Shown here piece after piece: positions 53,294-63,836 of a stretch of DNA of 64,000 bases. The DNA comes from an uncultured delta proteobacterium (lineage in GTDB: Bacteria > Desulfobacterota > Binatia > UBA9968): positions 32,001 to 96,000 of the forward strand of contig CAWJBB010000033.1 in NCBI GenBank assembly GCA_963840855.1. The letters run 5' to 3'. A program made the translations under genes and the position numbers. The first letter of the stretch is position 1. Each line of letters starts with the position of its first letter. The notes below the pieces were generated by a model that saw nothing but the letters and a program-made list of their open reading frames with translations, was not told where the DNA came from and made no database searches.

Positions 53294-53325
53294 ACGACGG
53301 TGCAGGCAAAAACCTGCACGGTCGT
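53294..53325. promoter_or_regulatory. inverted repeat, candidate enhancer-binding-protein site
   Basis: acgac-g-gtgcagg-caaaaa-cctgcac-g-gtcgt, about 70-100 bp upstream of a sigma54 motif. Confidence 0.4.
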
Positions 53326-53391
53326 GCCGTTATTCGTTGATGGAAGTCTTAAGCCTCCGAGAAAAGCAGGGAAATCTACGCGTCGCGGTGC

Positions 53392-53407
53392 TGGCACTAG
53401 AGTTGCG
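53392..53407 (+). promoter_or_regulatory. candidate sigma54 (-24/-12) promoter
   Basis: TGGCAC-TAGAG-TTGCG matches TGGCAC-N5-TTGC with exact GG-N10-GC spacing, about 140 nt upstream of the operon start. Confidence 0.6.
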
Positions 53408-53545
53408 TTCCGAAAATAATCCTGTTGCACATAGTGCTGTCTCCCGGCGATGAGAATTGGACATCTCGGGCGCGGGGCACTTTATTGCTGCGCATGTAAA
53501 GAAATTGGACAACTTTTTAAATCAGCAGCCAAGGAGTGTTCCAGC

Positions 53546-56117
53546 ATGAGTCTGCCAATGCCATCTGCCGGTGAATCGTGTTTCGACCCGCTCACCGGCG
53601 CGGCCAAAGCTCGAACTCACGGAAAGTTTTTCTTCGTTGACGAAAAAAAAGTTTTTCTGAGGGGAGTGACCTACGGTCCTTTCTCCCCGTCACAGCTAGG
53701 AGTGGCGTTTCCCGATGCTTCTAAGGTGGCGCTCGATTTCGCATTGATGAGGGAGTTGGGAGCCAATACCGTGCGCACGTTTACCCCGCCTCCTCTTTGG
53801 CTTTTCGATATAGCGGCGTCTTACGGACTCAGGGTCATAACAGGCTTACCTTGGGCTCAACATACTTGTTTCCTTGATTCGACCCGAACTCGGACAGAGA
53901 TTCGTCGTAGCATCGAACGCACCGTCAAGGCGTGCAAAGATCACCCTGCGGCTTTGGCTTATCTAGTCGGGAATGAGATTCCGCCTGAAATAGTGCGATG
54001 GTACGGACCGCATCGAGTTCGTGGTTTCCTCCGCGAGTTGTTCGATACCGCCAAATCAATCGACCCCGACACGTTCGTAAGTTACGCAAACTTTCCTTCT
54101 ACCGAATATCTCGAAATCGATTTTGCGGATTTCTTCGCGTTCAACGTCTATCTGCATCGAGAGCAGGACTTTCGCCGCTACCTCTCGCACCTTCATAATT
54201 TGGCCGGCGATCGCCCTTTGGTTTTGACGGAGATCGGAATCGATTCCATCCGCGAAGGGCGCAATAGTCAGGCTAAAATCCTTTCATGGCAATTGCGCGC
54301 CAGCTTCGAAACGGGCGTAGCGGGAACCGTGATCTTCTCTTGGACTGACGACTGGCACGCTTATTCGGGACCTGAAGGCTTCCAAGTTGAAGATTGGGCT
54401 TTCGGATTGGTGGATCGGCACGCGCCGACACAAGCCTGCTTTCTGGGCCGTGAAAAACTACTATGATGGTTCTTTGCCTCCGACTCTTGCCGCATATCCC
54501 AAGGTGTCGGTCATCGTTTGCGCCTACAACGCGGAGCGTACGATGGATCGGTGTCTCGCCTCCTTGGAGAGACTCAATTATCCAAATTACGAGGTGATTA
54601 TTGTCAACGACGGCTCCACGGATGCCACTCGAGAAATCTGCCGAGCGCTATGACAGTGTCCGATTAATTAACCAGGAAAATAAAGGCTTGAGCGCGGCGC
54701 GGAACGTCGGTCTCAGCGCCTCGACGGGTGACATCATTGCGTACACCGACTCTGACTGTATGGCCGACCCGGATTGGCTCACCTATCTGGTAGCTCGGTT
54801 TCAATCGTCGACCTTCGCAGCCGTGGGCGGGCCCAATCTCTCGCCTCCTGATGATTCTCTGGTGCCGTCATGCGTCGCCGTATCACCCGGGGCGCCGACT
54901 CATGTGCTGCTCGACGATGAAGTCGCTGAACATATACCGGGTTGCAACATGGCATTTCGCCGTGAAGCGTTGGAAGCAACCGCTGGATTCGATCCCGTTT
55001 TTCGCGCTGCCGGAGACGACGTTGATCTTTGTTGGCGCCTTCAGAATAAAGGATACAAGATCGGCTTCAGTCCGGCAGCTGTTGTCTGGCATTTTCGCCG
55101 CAACACGGTTCGCGACTACCTGAAGCAACAAAGAGGGTACGGCAAAGCCGAAGCGCTGCTTTTTTTCAAACATCCTTACCGTTTCAATCGTGCTCGGCCA
55201 GTCGCGATGGTTTGGCAGGATCTACGGCGACATCTCTAGTTTTCTTTGAGCCTTCGGCCGAGAATATATTCTGGCGTTTTTGGCCGCGGGCTATTTCAAA
55301 CGCTCTATCAACCTCCTGCGTCGCTCGGAACATATATCCCCATGACTCTGGAATGGAATATGGTTTCGGTTGCGCTGATAGTTTGCGCGTTCTTGTTCGG
55401 AGGGTATTTCTGGTTGGGGTTGGCTCCCCTTTGTCTAACGTTTACCCGATGTCTGGCGAGCGCTCTCAAAGCTCGCGTCGATTCGCGCTTCAGGGGACTC
55501 AGAGCAACTCTGCTGGTGACGCTGTTAGTTTTCTTGGGGCCGCTGGTCCGAGCTCTTGAGCGTTATCGCTGGCGTATGCGCCGTTTTCGAGAGGTCAAGG
55601 CGGTCGTCCCCAATGGAGCCGTGCAGCCTCCGCACGTCTCCTGGCTCGAGCGCGCTTTTTATCTCGCCTACTGGAACGAGGACGGACAGGAAAAAGAAAG
55701 CCTTCTGCACGGAGTGATGGAATCTCTGTTGCCGCGCAAATATCTCATTGCTGTAGACCAGGGCTGGAGCCAGCTGGGATCTGGAAATCTGCCAGGGCCC
55801 TTGGGCCAAAGCTCAAGTCATGGTGGCTAGTGAAAATCATGGCGGGACAAAACGTCTCTTGAGGGTCCGATGCGCGCTTAGGCTGTCGAGGGTTTCGATC
55901 GCCTGTTTTTGCGCTGTATGTTTTCATGGCTGCTATCACGGCGATTCTTGGCCTTACTCCGATTACCGCAATAGCCGTCGTCACCGGTTTGGTTCACGGT
56001 GGTGCGATCCTGTACCAAAAATTTCACATCGGCAATGCGCTCTACCACGTGGTTGAATCCGTGGCGCACAGGCTGCGGTTCGTGCCGGTTCAAAATCAAC
56101 CAACGAGGCCTGTTTGA
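53546..56117 (+). CDS. fusion of clan GH-A (GH2-like TIM barrel) glycoside hydrolase, GT2 glycosyltransferase and TM region (multiple frameshifts)
   Basis: RGVTYGP, GANTVRTF, acid/base VGNE, nucleophile LTEIG, FSWTDDW; then SVIVCAYNAE, NDGSTD, YTDSDC, GCNMAFR, GDDVDLCWRL, QQRGYG; hydrophobic C-terminus; fragments are colinear across frames. Confidence 0.85.
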
Positions 56118-56130
56118 AAGCACTAAGCTG

Positions 56131-57918
56131 ATGAAACGAACCGTTCGCTCCTACCTAAGACCTTACTGGACTGACTTTTGTTTTTGCGCTCGCTCAGGTA
56201 CTCTTCATTAGCGCACTGGAGCTTCTCAAGCCCTGGCCGCTTAAGATCATCATTGACAATGTTTTGAGCGGAAACCCTCTGTCATGGGAATTTGCTCTTA
56301 ACTGGTCGTCACAGACTCTGCTCTTGGTGGCTTGCGTGGGTCTGGTTCTTATTTATCTTCTCTTCGGCGGACTGCGCATCCTTAACGATTATACAACCAT
56401 CAGGATTGGACAGAGGCATGGTGAACGATCTTCGTCGGGATCTCTACAGCCAAATACAACGCCTCTCGCTCTCTTTCCATAACCGCCAGCAAGTCGGGGA
56501 TCTCATGTATCGGATCACTGCCGACACAATGGGGATCCAAACGCTCACGATGAACGGACTTTTTGCAATCCTCTCGGCTTCTGTCCTCTTGACCGGAATG
56601 TTTGTCATCATGCTTTCGCTGGACTGGTATCTCACGCTGCTGGCGTCTGGCTGTGTGTCCGGCGCTCTTCGGTGCCATCGGGCTTCTAGATAGGAAAATG
56701 TCCTCTGCTGCAACGCAGGCTCGGCAGAAAGAAAGCATGGTCTATTCTCTGGTCCAGCGAACGCTCTCAGGAATACGCGTGATCCAAGCCTTTACAAAAG
56801 AAGAGGACGAGGAGCGGCGCTTTCTCAAAGCCAGCACCGAGAGCCTGGCCGCTAATTTGCGGCTCTACAATCTGCAAAATTTTTATTCTGCGGTGGTGAA
56901 CGTCACTATCGCCGCTGGAACGGCCGCTGTTCTGTGGGTGGGCACCCGGCACGTTTTGTCCGGGGAGCTCTCGATAGGCGAAATGGTCGTCTTTACTTCT
57001 TATCTGGCCTCTCTGTACGCCCCACTCAGCAATATTTTCGAGACCTACGGATTGGTTCAGAGCGCAAAGGTCGGTGTTCGAAGGGCATTCGAAATTTTGG
57101 AATCGGAGAGAGAGCCTGTCAGAGGGGCGTAGAGCTTTCGGGACCAATGGAGCCGAAAGGACGAGATCTCGTTCGAACGACGTTTCATTTGGCTATGATG
57201 CTTCACGGCCGATTCTAAAAAAGATTAACCTTCGCGTTGCGCCGGGAGAGAAAATCGCGATTGTTGGCCCGACCGGAGCGGGAAAATCACGTTGGTCAGT
57301 CTTTTGCCGCGTTTTTACGATCCTCAGTCGGGCCGTGTGACGATCGATGGGATAGATATCCGAGAATTCCAGCTCAAGTCCCTGCGCCGGCAAATCGCGA
57401 TGGTTCTTCAACCTCCTCTCCTGTTTCCTTTCACGATCCGCGAAAATATCGCTTACGGCCGACCTGAAGCTTCGATGGAAGAAATCGTCTCTGCAGCACA
57501 GGTGGCGCAGGTCCACGAATTTATCGAGCAGCTTCCGCAAAAATATGACACTATGGTCAGCGAGCAAGGATCCACCTTGTCGGAAGGACAGAAATTGCGC
57601 CTCACGATCGCACGCGGGATCTTGCTTAATGCTCCCATACTGATTCTGGACGAGCCCACTTCTTCCGTGGATTCGGAGACCGAGGCGCTCATCATGGACG
57701 GGCTGGAGCATCTAATGGCCGGCAGGACCACTTTCATTATCGCCCACCGTCTATCCACCGTTCGGCAAGCCGATCTCATTCTAGTCCTGTGCGACGGTCA
57801 GATTGTTGAACAAGGCACATTTGGCGAGTTGCTGCGTCGGCGTGGCCCGTTTGCATCGCTGTATCGGACTCAGTTTGGACTGCACGAAGAAAGTCGAAAC
57901 TTTCGGGTCGTAAAATAA
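56131..57918 (+). CDS. ABC exporter, fused permease/ATPase (MsbA/NdvA-like; multiple frameshifts)
   Basis: [25 protein letters not shown]...LSLSFH...GDLMYR, Walker A GPTGAGKS, signature LSEGQ, Walker [17 protein letters not shown]. Confidence 0.9.
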
Positions 57919-58640
57919 TGGAGCGCGAGATGACAGGAATCCCCGATCTGAATGACCCTCGCTATCTAGATGAGATTGGTTGGTTTCTTTACCACGAGAA
58001 GTACGGTCGCGATCAATTCGGCGGCTCCTATGACGCCGAGCGACGCGTCATACTCGCGGCTGCTGCTCGAGGAAGTCGTCGGCTTTTTGGGCCAGGATAC
58101 AAAATGGATGGAGGGCAAGACCGTCGTCAGCATCGGCTGCGGCTGCACCGGTGACCTATCCGCCTTTCCTGCGGCCGTCAAAATCGCGATCGATCCGCTT
58201 CTTTATGTCTACCAGAAACTCGGAATGTTGACGGACGATGCGCCGGTGACCGGACGATCTATCTTTCCATGGGCGCCGAGAATCTCCCCCTGCTGGACGA
58301 GTTCGCCGATCTGGTGATATGCCGGAACGCTCTCGATCATATGCCCGACCCGTCGATTACGACGAAAGAACTGTGGAGGATCCTGAAAAAGGACGGAGCG
58401 CTGTTCGTAAGCGTCGATATCGGCGGAGCGCCGACTCCGGATGAGCCCACCGTATTTTCCCTGGAAAGCCTTCGCAGTCTTCTCAGGGATCAGTTCGAAG
58501 TGGTGGCGCTGGCGGACAACTGCTCCCCGCACAGCGAGGGGCGACTCCGCAGTGTCAGACTTCTAGCGCGAAAAAAATTCCTAGCGAGCCCTGCGCTGGA
58601 TAAGGCGGCAATTCTGCGGGCCTACGAAGCTCGTCTGTAG
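57918..58640 (+). CDS. class I SAM-dependent methyltransferase (frameshifted)
   Basis: VVSIGCGCTG, AIDP, AENLP..DEFADLVICRNALDH, RILKKDG across three frames. Confidence 0.75.
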
Positions 58641-58695
58641 CCAGAGCTAAAAAAGTGGCGAGCATGGCTGTGGGTGGAATCTTCAATCCGGGAAC

Positions 58696-59862
58696 ATGAA
58701 ACCACGATCCCTCGTAGTTGTCGGCACGCTTGCATCCGATCCTTACGCCGGGATGGCGTGGATGCACATGCAGATTGCCGCCGGACTGCAACGGCTCGGC
58801 CACGACGCATACTATTTTGAAACCACTTCGGCTTGGCCCTATGACCCAGTGCGAAATACCACCGTCAATGATTCCGACTACGCGTTGCCGTATTTGGAAA
58901 AAGTCGCTGAGAGTTTTGGTCTTGGCAACCGCTGGGCTTATCGGCGAAGCTATTCGGACAAGGCATGGTTCGGTCCAAGCCGGGTCAATGCCGAGGAACT
59001 GCTTGCCCATGCCGATGCCGTCCTGAACGTCGCTGGAGCCACGCGTTTTGCGGAAGAAGGGTTGAAGATTGGGAGGCTAGTTTACTTTGGTACCGACCCG
59101 GGCCATCACGAGATCGCCTTCGCCAGAGGACAGAAGGACGTGCGAACGCTTATTGAAGAACATGCTGATTTTGTCACATACGGCGAAAACATCGGAAATA
59201 CCGATTGTCCTTTACCGCCCTTGCCTCGCCTCCGCTCAAGGACGCGGCAACCGATTCTGCTCGACCTCTGGCAAGACGGGCCGCCCGTGAAGAAAGAATT
59301 CACGACGGTCGGCAACTGGCGGCAGACTGGCCGCGACATCGAATTTGAGGCTCAAACTTATCGTTGGAGCAAACACCACGAGTTCCTGAAGTTTATCGAC
59401 TTGCCGCGGCAGACTCATGAGTCCATCGAACTCGCGACGGGATTGGCCAGTTTAAGCCCGGAAGAGCGTGATTTGCTCGAGACCATAGGGTGGCGCTTGC
59501 GCGATGCCCATCCTTTCACTACCGACCCTTGGCGCTATCGGGATTATGTTCGATCGTCGCGCGGGGAATTCACGGTTGCCAAAGACCTGCACATTCGTCT
59601 GCGCAGCGGCTGGTTCAGCGAAAGGAGCGCCTGCTATCTCGCCGCGGGACGTCCCGTGGTTACCCAGGACACCGGGTTCGCAAATTTTCTTCCTACGGGT
59701 GAAGGCCTCTTTTCATTCAACACGACGGAAGAAATCATCGCTGCTTTTGATGCCATCAACTCTGACTATGAAAGACACAGCCGCGCGGCGCGCGCCATCG
59801 CGGAGGAATACTTCCGAGCGGAGACCGTGCTTGAGAAAGTCATCGATGATTTGGGGCTTTGA
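58696..59862 (+). CDS. putative GT-B-like glycosyltransferase
   Basis: GLQRLGHDAYYFE N-terminus and C-terminal SGWFSERSACYLAAGRPVVTQDTGF...GEGL nucleotide-sugar-binding-like motif. Confidence 0.7.
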   Translation: MKPRSLVVVGTLASDPYAGMAWMHMQIAAGLQRLGHDAYYFETTSAWPYDPVRNTTVNDSDYALPYLEKVAESFGLGNRWAYRRSYSDKAWFGPSRVNAEELLAHADAVLNVAGATRFAEEGLKIGRLVYFGTDPGHHEIAFARGQKDVRTLIEEHADFVTYGENIGNTDCPLPPLPRLRSRTRQPILLDLWQDGPPVKKEFTTVGNWRQTGRDIEFEAQTYRWSKHHEFLKFIDLPRQTHESIELATGLASLSPEERDLLETIGWRLRDAHPFTTDPWRYRDYVRSSRGEFTVAKDLHIRLRSGWFSERSACYLAAGRPVVTQDTGFANFLPTGEGLFSFNTTEEIIAAFDAINSDYERHSRAARAIAEEYFRAETVLEKVIDDLGL

Positions 59863-60005
59863 TTTTTAAAAATATCTGATTGTCAAAGCGTTGTTTCACC
59901 CGAGCGCAGTTGCACGGGGTATAAAAGGAGGCTCCTATTGCCAAGGTATCAAATCCGACTGTCACAGATTCAAAAACGGAGGGCACGCCCATAAGCAAGC
60001 GGGAA

Positions 60006-60650
60006 TTGACGAACCAAAAAGCGCAGACTTTCTTTGAAGAGCTGTGGAAGCGAGGCGACCCGTGGGACATCGAAACATCTGATTTCGAGCAGCGCAGGTG
60101 TGCTCGTTTGCTGCAGGTTCTCTCCGCGCGTCGCTATGCCAAAGCGCTTGAGATCGGCTGCGCGACGGGCGTCTTCACCCGCCGCCTCGCCCGGGTGGCG
60201 GACCGGGTGGTGGCCCTCGACATCTCGCCAACGGCGATCGAGTGTGCGCAGAAAACTTGGGCGGGCCCGGATGCGACCGAGTTCCGGGTCGCGAACATCA
60301 TTGAATACGATGCGCGGGCCGAGGGCCCCTGGGACCTGGTGGTCATGAGCGACATGATTTATCTCCTCGGGTGGCTTTACCCTTTTTTTGACGTTGCCTG
60401 GCTAGCCATGGAGTTGTTCGCCGCAACCTCTGCCGGTGGACAGCTACTTCTCGCCAACTGCTATGGGGGTGCGGAGGACTATCTTATGCGGCCAAGTTTG
60501 ATCCGCACCTACCGCGACCTGTTCGTCAATGTGGGCTACGAGATCAATGCCGAGGAGGTTTTCTACGGTACAAAGAATGGCGTGGAAATTCAGGTTTTGA
60601 TCACGCTGTTCGAGAAAAAGACAGAGGAAACAACCCCCGGCGGTTATTAA
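60006..60650 (+). CDS. NodS-like SAM-dependent methyltransferase
   Basis: DPW...S.FE, ALEIGCATGVFT..LA, ALDISPTA, DLVVMSDMIY match the NodS pattern. Confidence 0.78.
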   Translation: MTNQKAQTFFEELWKRGDPWDIETSDFEQRRCARLLQVLSARRYAKALEIGCATGVFTRRLARVADRVVALDISPTAIECAQKTWAGPDATEFRVANIIEYDARAEGPWDLVVMSDMIYLLGWLYPFFDVAWLAMELFAATSAGGQLLLANCYGGAEDYLMRPSLIRTYRDLFVNVGYEINAEEVFYGTKNGVEIQVLITLFEKKTEETTPGGY

Positions 60651-60653
60651 ACA

Positions 60654-61391
60654 ATGGCTTGCAATAAACAGCTAATAGTCAATGCGGATGACTTCGGCCG
60701 GAGCTTGGGAGTCAACGGCGGCGTCATCGAAGCTCATGAATCCGGCATCGTGACCAGCGCAAGCCTCATGGTGCGTTGGCCGGCCGCCGCGCAAGCTGCT
60801 GCTGACAGCCGGAAACACCCGAAACTCAGCCTCGGTCTCCATGTCGACCTCGGCGAATGGAGATACCGCGATGGAGCCTGGAAAGCGCTGTATGAAGTCG
60901 CTCCGTTGGATGACGTCAATATTGTCAAGGAAGAGCTAACGCGCCAGCTTGCAACCTTCCACGACCTCGTGGGCAAGCGGCCGACGCATATGGACTCCCA
61001 TCAGCATGTGCATGTGCGCGAGCCCGCGCGCTCCGTTCTACGCGAGGTCGCGCGCTTTCTCGATATTCCTCTAAGGCACTTCAATCCAGGAGTCCACTAC
61101 TGTGGAAAATTCTACGGCCAGACGGCCGAAGGCCTTCCTCTGCCAGACGCGATCAGCGCTCACAGCCTGGTCAAAATTCTGAGAACACTGCCCGACGGTA
61201 TTACGGAACTCAGCTGCCATCCCGGAGAAGGGAGTGATCTCGACACAATATACGGTGACGAACGCGCACAAGAGCTGAAAACATTGTGCGATCCGCAAAT
61301 TCCGATGATCATCAAGTCTATGGAAATTGAGCTTCGCTCGTTCGGCAACCTGCCGGTTGGTTATTGGCGAGGATCCACCGTGCATGTTTAG
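60654..61391 (+). CDS. ChbG/YdjC/HpnK family carbohydrate deacetylase
   Basis: LIVNADDFG, GIVTSASLM, GLHVDL, PTHMDSHQHVH, ELSCHPG. Confidence 0.92.
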   Translation: MACNKQLIVNADDFGRSLGVNGGVIEAHESGIVTSASLMVRWPAAAQAAADSRKHPKLSLGLHVDLGEWRYRDGAWKALYEVAPLDDVNIVKEELTRQLATFHDLVGKRPTHMDSHQHVHVREPARSVLREVARFLDIPLRHFNPGVHYCGKFYGQTAEGLPLPDAISAHSLVKILRTLPDGITELSCHPGEGSDLDTIYGDERAQELKTLCDPQIPMIIKSMEIELRSFGNLPVGYWRGSTVHV

Positions 61392-61405
61392 GAGAAGTAT
61401 TGCGT

Positions 61406-62276
61406 ATGGATCAGCTATTGCCGGACCAATTGAAGGAATTATGGCACCGCGTCGAACAGAAAGAACTTTTGACGGAAGAGTTTAATCTCATGCAAGAACG
61501 CGGACTAGCTGAGTACCGGAAAATATGGAGCGATGCCTTATTTTTGGAGGGATACCGGGAATTGGAAAAGAGTCTCCTTGATGAACTCGGGTTTTACGTC
61601 GGTTGCCAGGACTCGGCTGAAATCCAACAGCGCTGCAGCCGCGCCGTAGAAAGCCTTGCTAAGGAGTGGCGGGAAAAAGTCGATGCCACGGACCGAAAGT
61701 CGGTCGAGAACTTTTACAATGAGACTGAGGCGGAAATTTACGAGTTGATGTGGTGGCATGTCTTGTCGGAAGACCTTTCCCCATTATCTTACGTGACCGC
61801 ATTGCACTTCGCTCTACGTGAGGGCTGCCATAGATGTCTTGATTTTGGCGCGGGAGTGGGCTCGGGCGGCATCCTGTTTGCGCGTCATGGGCTCGATATC
61901 GCTTTGGCAGATATAAGCTCTCCCTTGTTGGTCTTTAGCGAGTGGCGTTTTCGGCTGAGAAAGCTGGCGAGGCGAATTTTTCGACTTGAAGACGCTCGAC
62001 CTGCCAAGCGAGGCCTTTGATATGGTGACGGCGATGGATGTTTTTGAGCATCTCGCCGATCCGGTGGAGGCCGTCGAAGGCCTGTCGAAGGTCCTGAAGC
62101 CGGGAGGATTCCTCTTTGGCCGTTTCAGCGCCGAACTCAACGAGGACCGTCCGATGCACGTCGTTCAGGATTTCGAACCGACCTTCAGACGCTTGCGCGA
62201 GCTTGGCTTCATCGAGGTTTGGCAGGACAAGTGGCTCTGGGGACAACAGGTCTTCCAAAAACTCAGCAACCGATGA
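61406..62276 (+). CDS. class I SAM-dependent methyltransferase (frameshift near 61970)
   Basis: AGGAG RBS; LDFGAGVG, LADIS, FDMVTAMDVFEHLADP, LKPGG. Confidence 0.85.
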
Positions 62277-62288
62277 CGCGCTACTCAC

Positions 62289-63836
62289 ATGAACTCAAAA
62301 GAGCGACGCATTCCATCTCGTGAAATTGTTGTGCTTGCCGGTTTACTTGTCCTAGCTCTAGCCGTGCGGCTGATCAAAATCTCGCAGCCCTACGTGGATG
62401 AGTGGAGCTTTAAACAGGGCACGATAGCGATGATCGCCGAGAACTTTTATCGCAACGGCTTCAATATTTTTTATCCGCAGATCAACTGGGCGGGAAATGC
62501 CGCAGGCTATATAGGTACCGAGTTTCCCCTTGTACCTTTTCTTGCGTCGTTGCTCTATATTCCCTTCGGCGTGCAAGAATGGATTGGCCGATCGGTGTCT
62601 GTCACGTTTTCGGTCTTAGCTCTGCCCTTTTTCTATTTTCTCGTCAAGAAGGTCTCCAATGAACGTAGCGCGGCATTTGCCGGGGTGATCTATGCCGTTG
62701 CACCGCTCAGTATTTTTGCCAGCCGTTCATTCATATCGGACATGACTTCGCTTGGTTTTTCGATTGCCGCACTTTACCTTTTCAGCGAATGGCTGGACCG
62801 GTCGAATGATCGGCGTCTACTATTAAGCGCCGCTGCAGCGACCACATTGGCGATCCTCGTCAAAGCACCCACGGCAATCATCGCTTTACCGCTAGCATAC
62901 ATGGCCTGGGAACAGTATCGGTGGAAATTCATCCGCCAGCCGAAAATTTGGGTTTTTGCCTGCCTGTCTATGGCTTTTCCGATCGCTTGGTATACCCATG
63001 CCTATTTTCTAACGATGACCTATCCTCCTCACCAGTTCATGGGAAGCGACGGTCTAAGGCTGGAGGACTTGCACTTCTATGCATCCGTAGGGCGTCGGCT
63101 CGTCGGTTCCAGCCTGACTCCAGTCGTAGCCGTCGGGACGTTGGCCGGACTTTTTTTGCCTCCCGCGACCAAATATGGGCGGCTGTTTTATTGGTGGCTC
63201 GTTGCTATTTGCCTCTTTATCATCGCCGCCGGCTTCGGAAACCGTCATCCTTGGTATCAACTTCCCCTCGTGCCTGTGGCGGCGGCCTTCGCCGGGCGGG
63301 CGTTTGATTTTTTGCTGTACAGGATGCGCGCACTCACTGCATCGAGAACCGCCGAGCATTTCGGCGGCGCCGTGCTGTGTCTCACGCTCCTTGCCGTTTC
63401 TTATGTGTACGTCAAGCCGCTTTATGAGCCGTGGGCTACGCCGCTACGAAAGGCCGGATATCAGCTCGACCGCATTACTTCTCCCGACGCGCTTGCGGTC
63501 TTCGTGGTGGATGGCGATTCGTCGGGGATCTACTACAGCAGACGAAAAGGGTGGCATGCTTTCGATGATAGCGACTGGGGTGCCCCCCTGGATAGCGCGC
63601 AAGCGATCATGGAACTCGAGAAATTGAGGAATCGCGGGGCGACGCATTTGGTATTCACCCTATACACAGTCTGGTGGTTGGATTATTACAAGGAGTTCGC
63701 GGACTATCTGGATTCGTACTATCGGCGCGTGAGTGAGACTGAGGATTATGTGATTTTTGATTTAGCAGACGGACTGAATAAGACGGCCACGGCCGGCGGA
63801 TCCCCGAGCTTCCGGGTAGACCCTTCTCAAGACTAA
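62289..63836 (+). CDS. ArnT/PMT-like (GT-C) polyprenol-phosphate-sugar glycosyltransferase
   Basis: Many TM helices, first loop with DE and EFP, GR..S, LAILVK, RHPWYQLP, soluble C-terminal domain. Confidence 0.82.
   Translation: MNSKERRIPSREIVVLAGLLVLALAVRLIKISQPYVDEWSFKQGTIAMIAENFYRNGFNIFYPQINWAGNAAGYIGTEFPLVPFLASLLYIPFGVQEWIGRSVSVTFSVLALPFFYFLVKKVSNERSAAFAGVIYAVAPLSIFASRSFISDMTSLGFSIAALYLFSEWLDRSNDRRLLLSAAAATTLAILVKAPTAIIALPLAYMAWEQYRWKFIRQPKIWVFACLSMAFPIAWYTHAYFLTMTYPPHQFMGSDGLRLEDLHFYASVGRRLVGSSLTPVVAVGTLAGLFLPPATKYGRLFYWWLVAICLFIIAAGFGNRHPWYQLPLVPVAAAFAGRAFDFLLYRMRALTASRTAEHFGGAVLCLTLLAVSYVYVKPLYEPWATPLRKAGYQLDRITSPDALAVFVVDGDSSGIYYSRRKGWHAFDDSDWGAPLDSAQAIMELEKLRNRGATHLVFTLYTVWWLDYYKEFADYLDSYYRRVSETEDYVIFDLADGLNKTATAGGSPSFRVDPSQD

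Noticed and set aside
60006-61391. True nodulation (nod) genes
   Set aside because: The deacetylase is ChbG/YdjC type, not NodB; no nodA acyltransferase or nod box; only the chemical logic is analogous.
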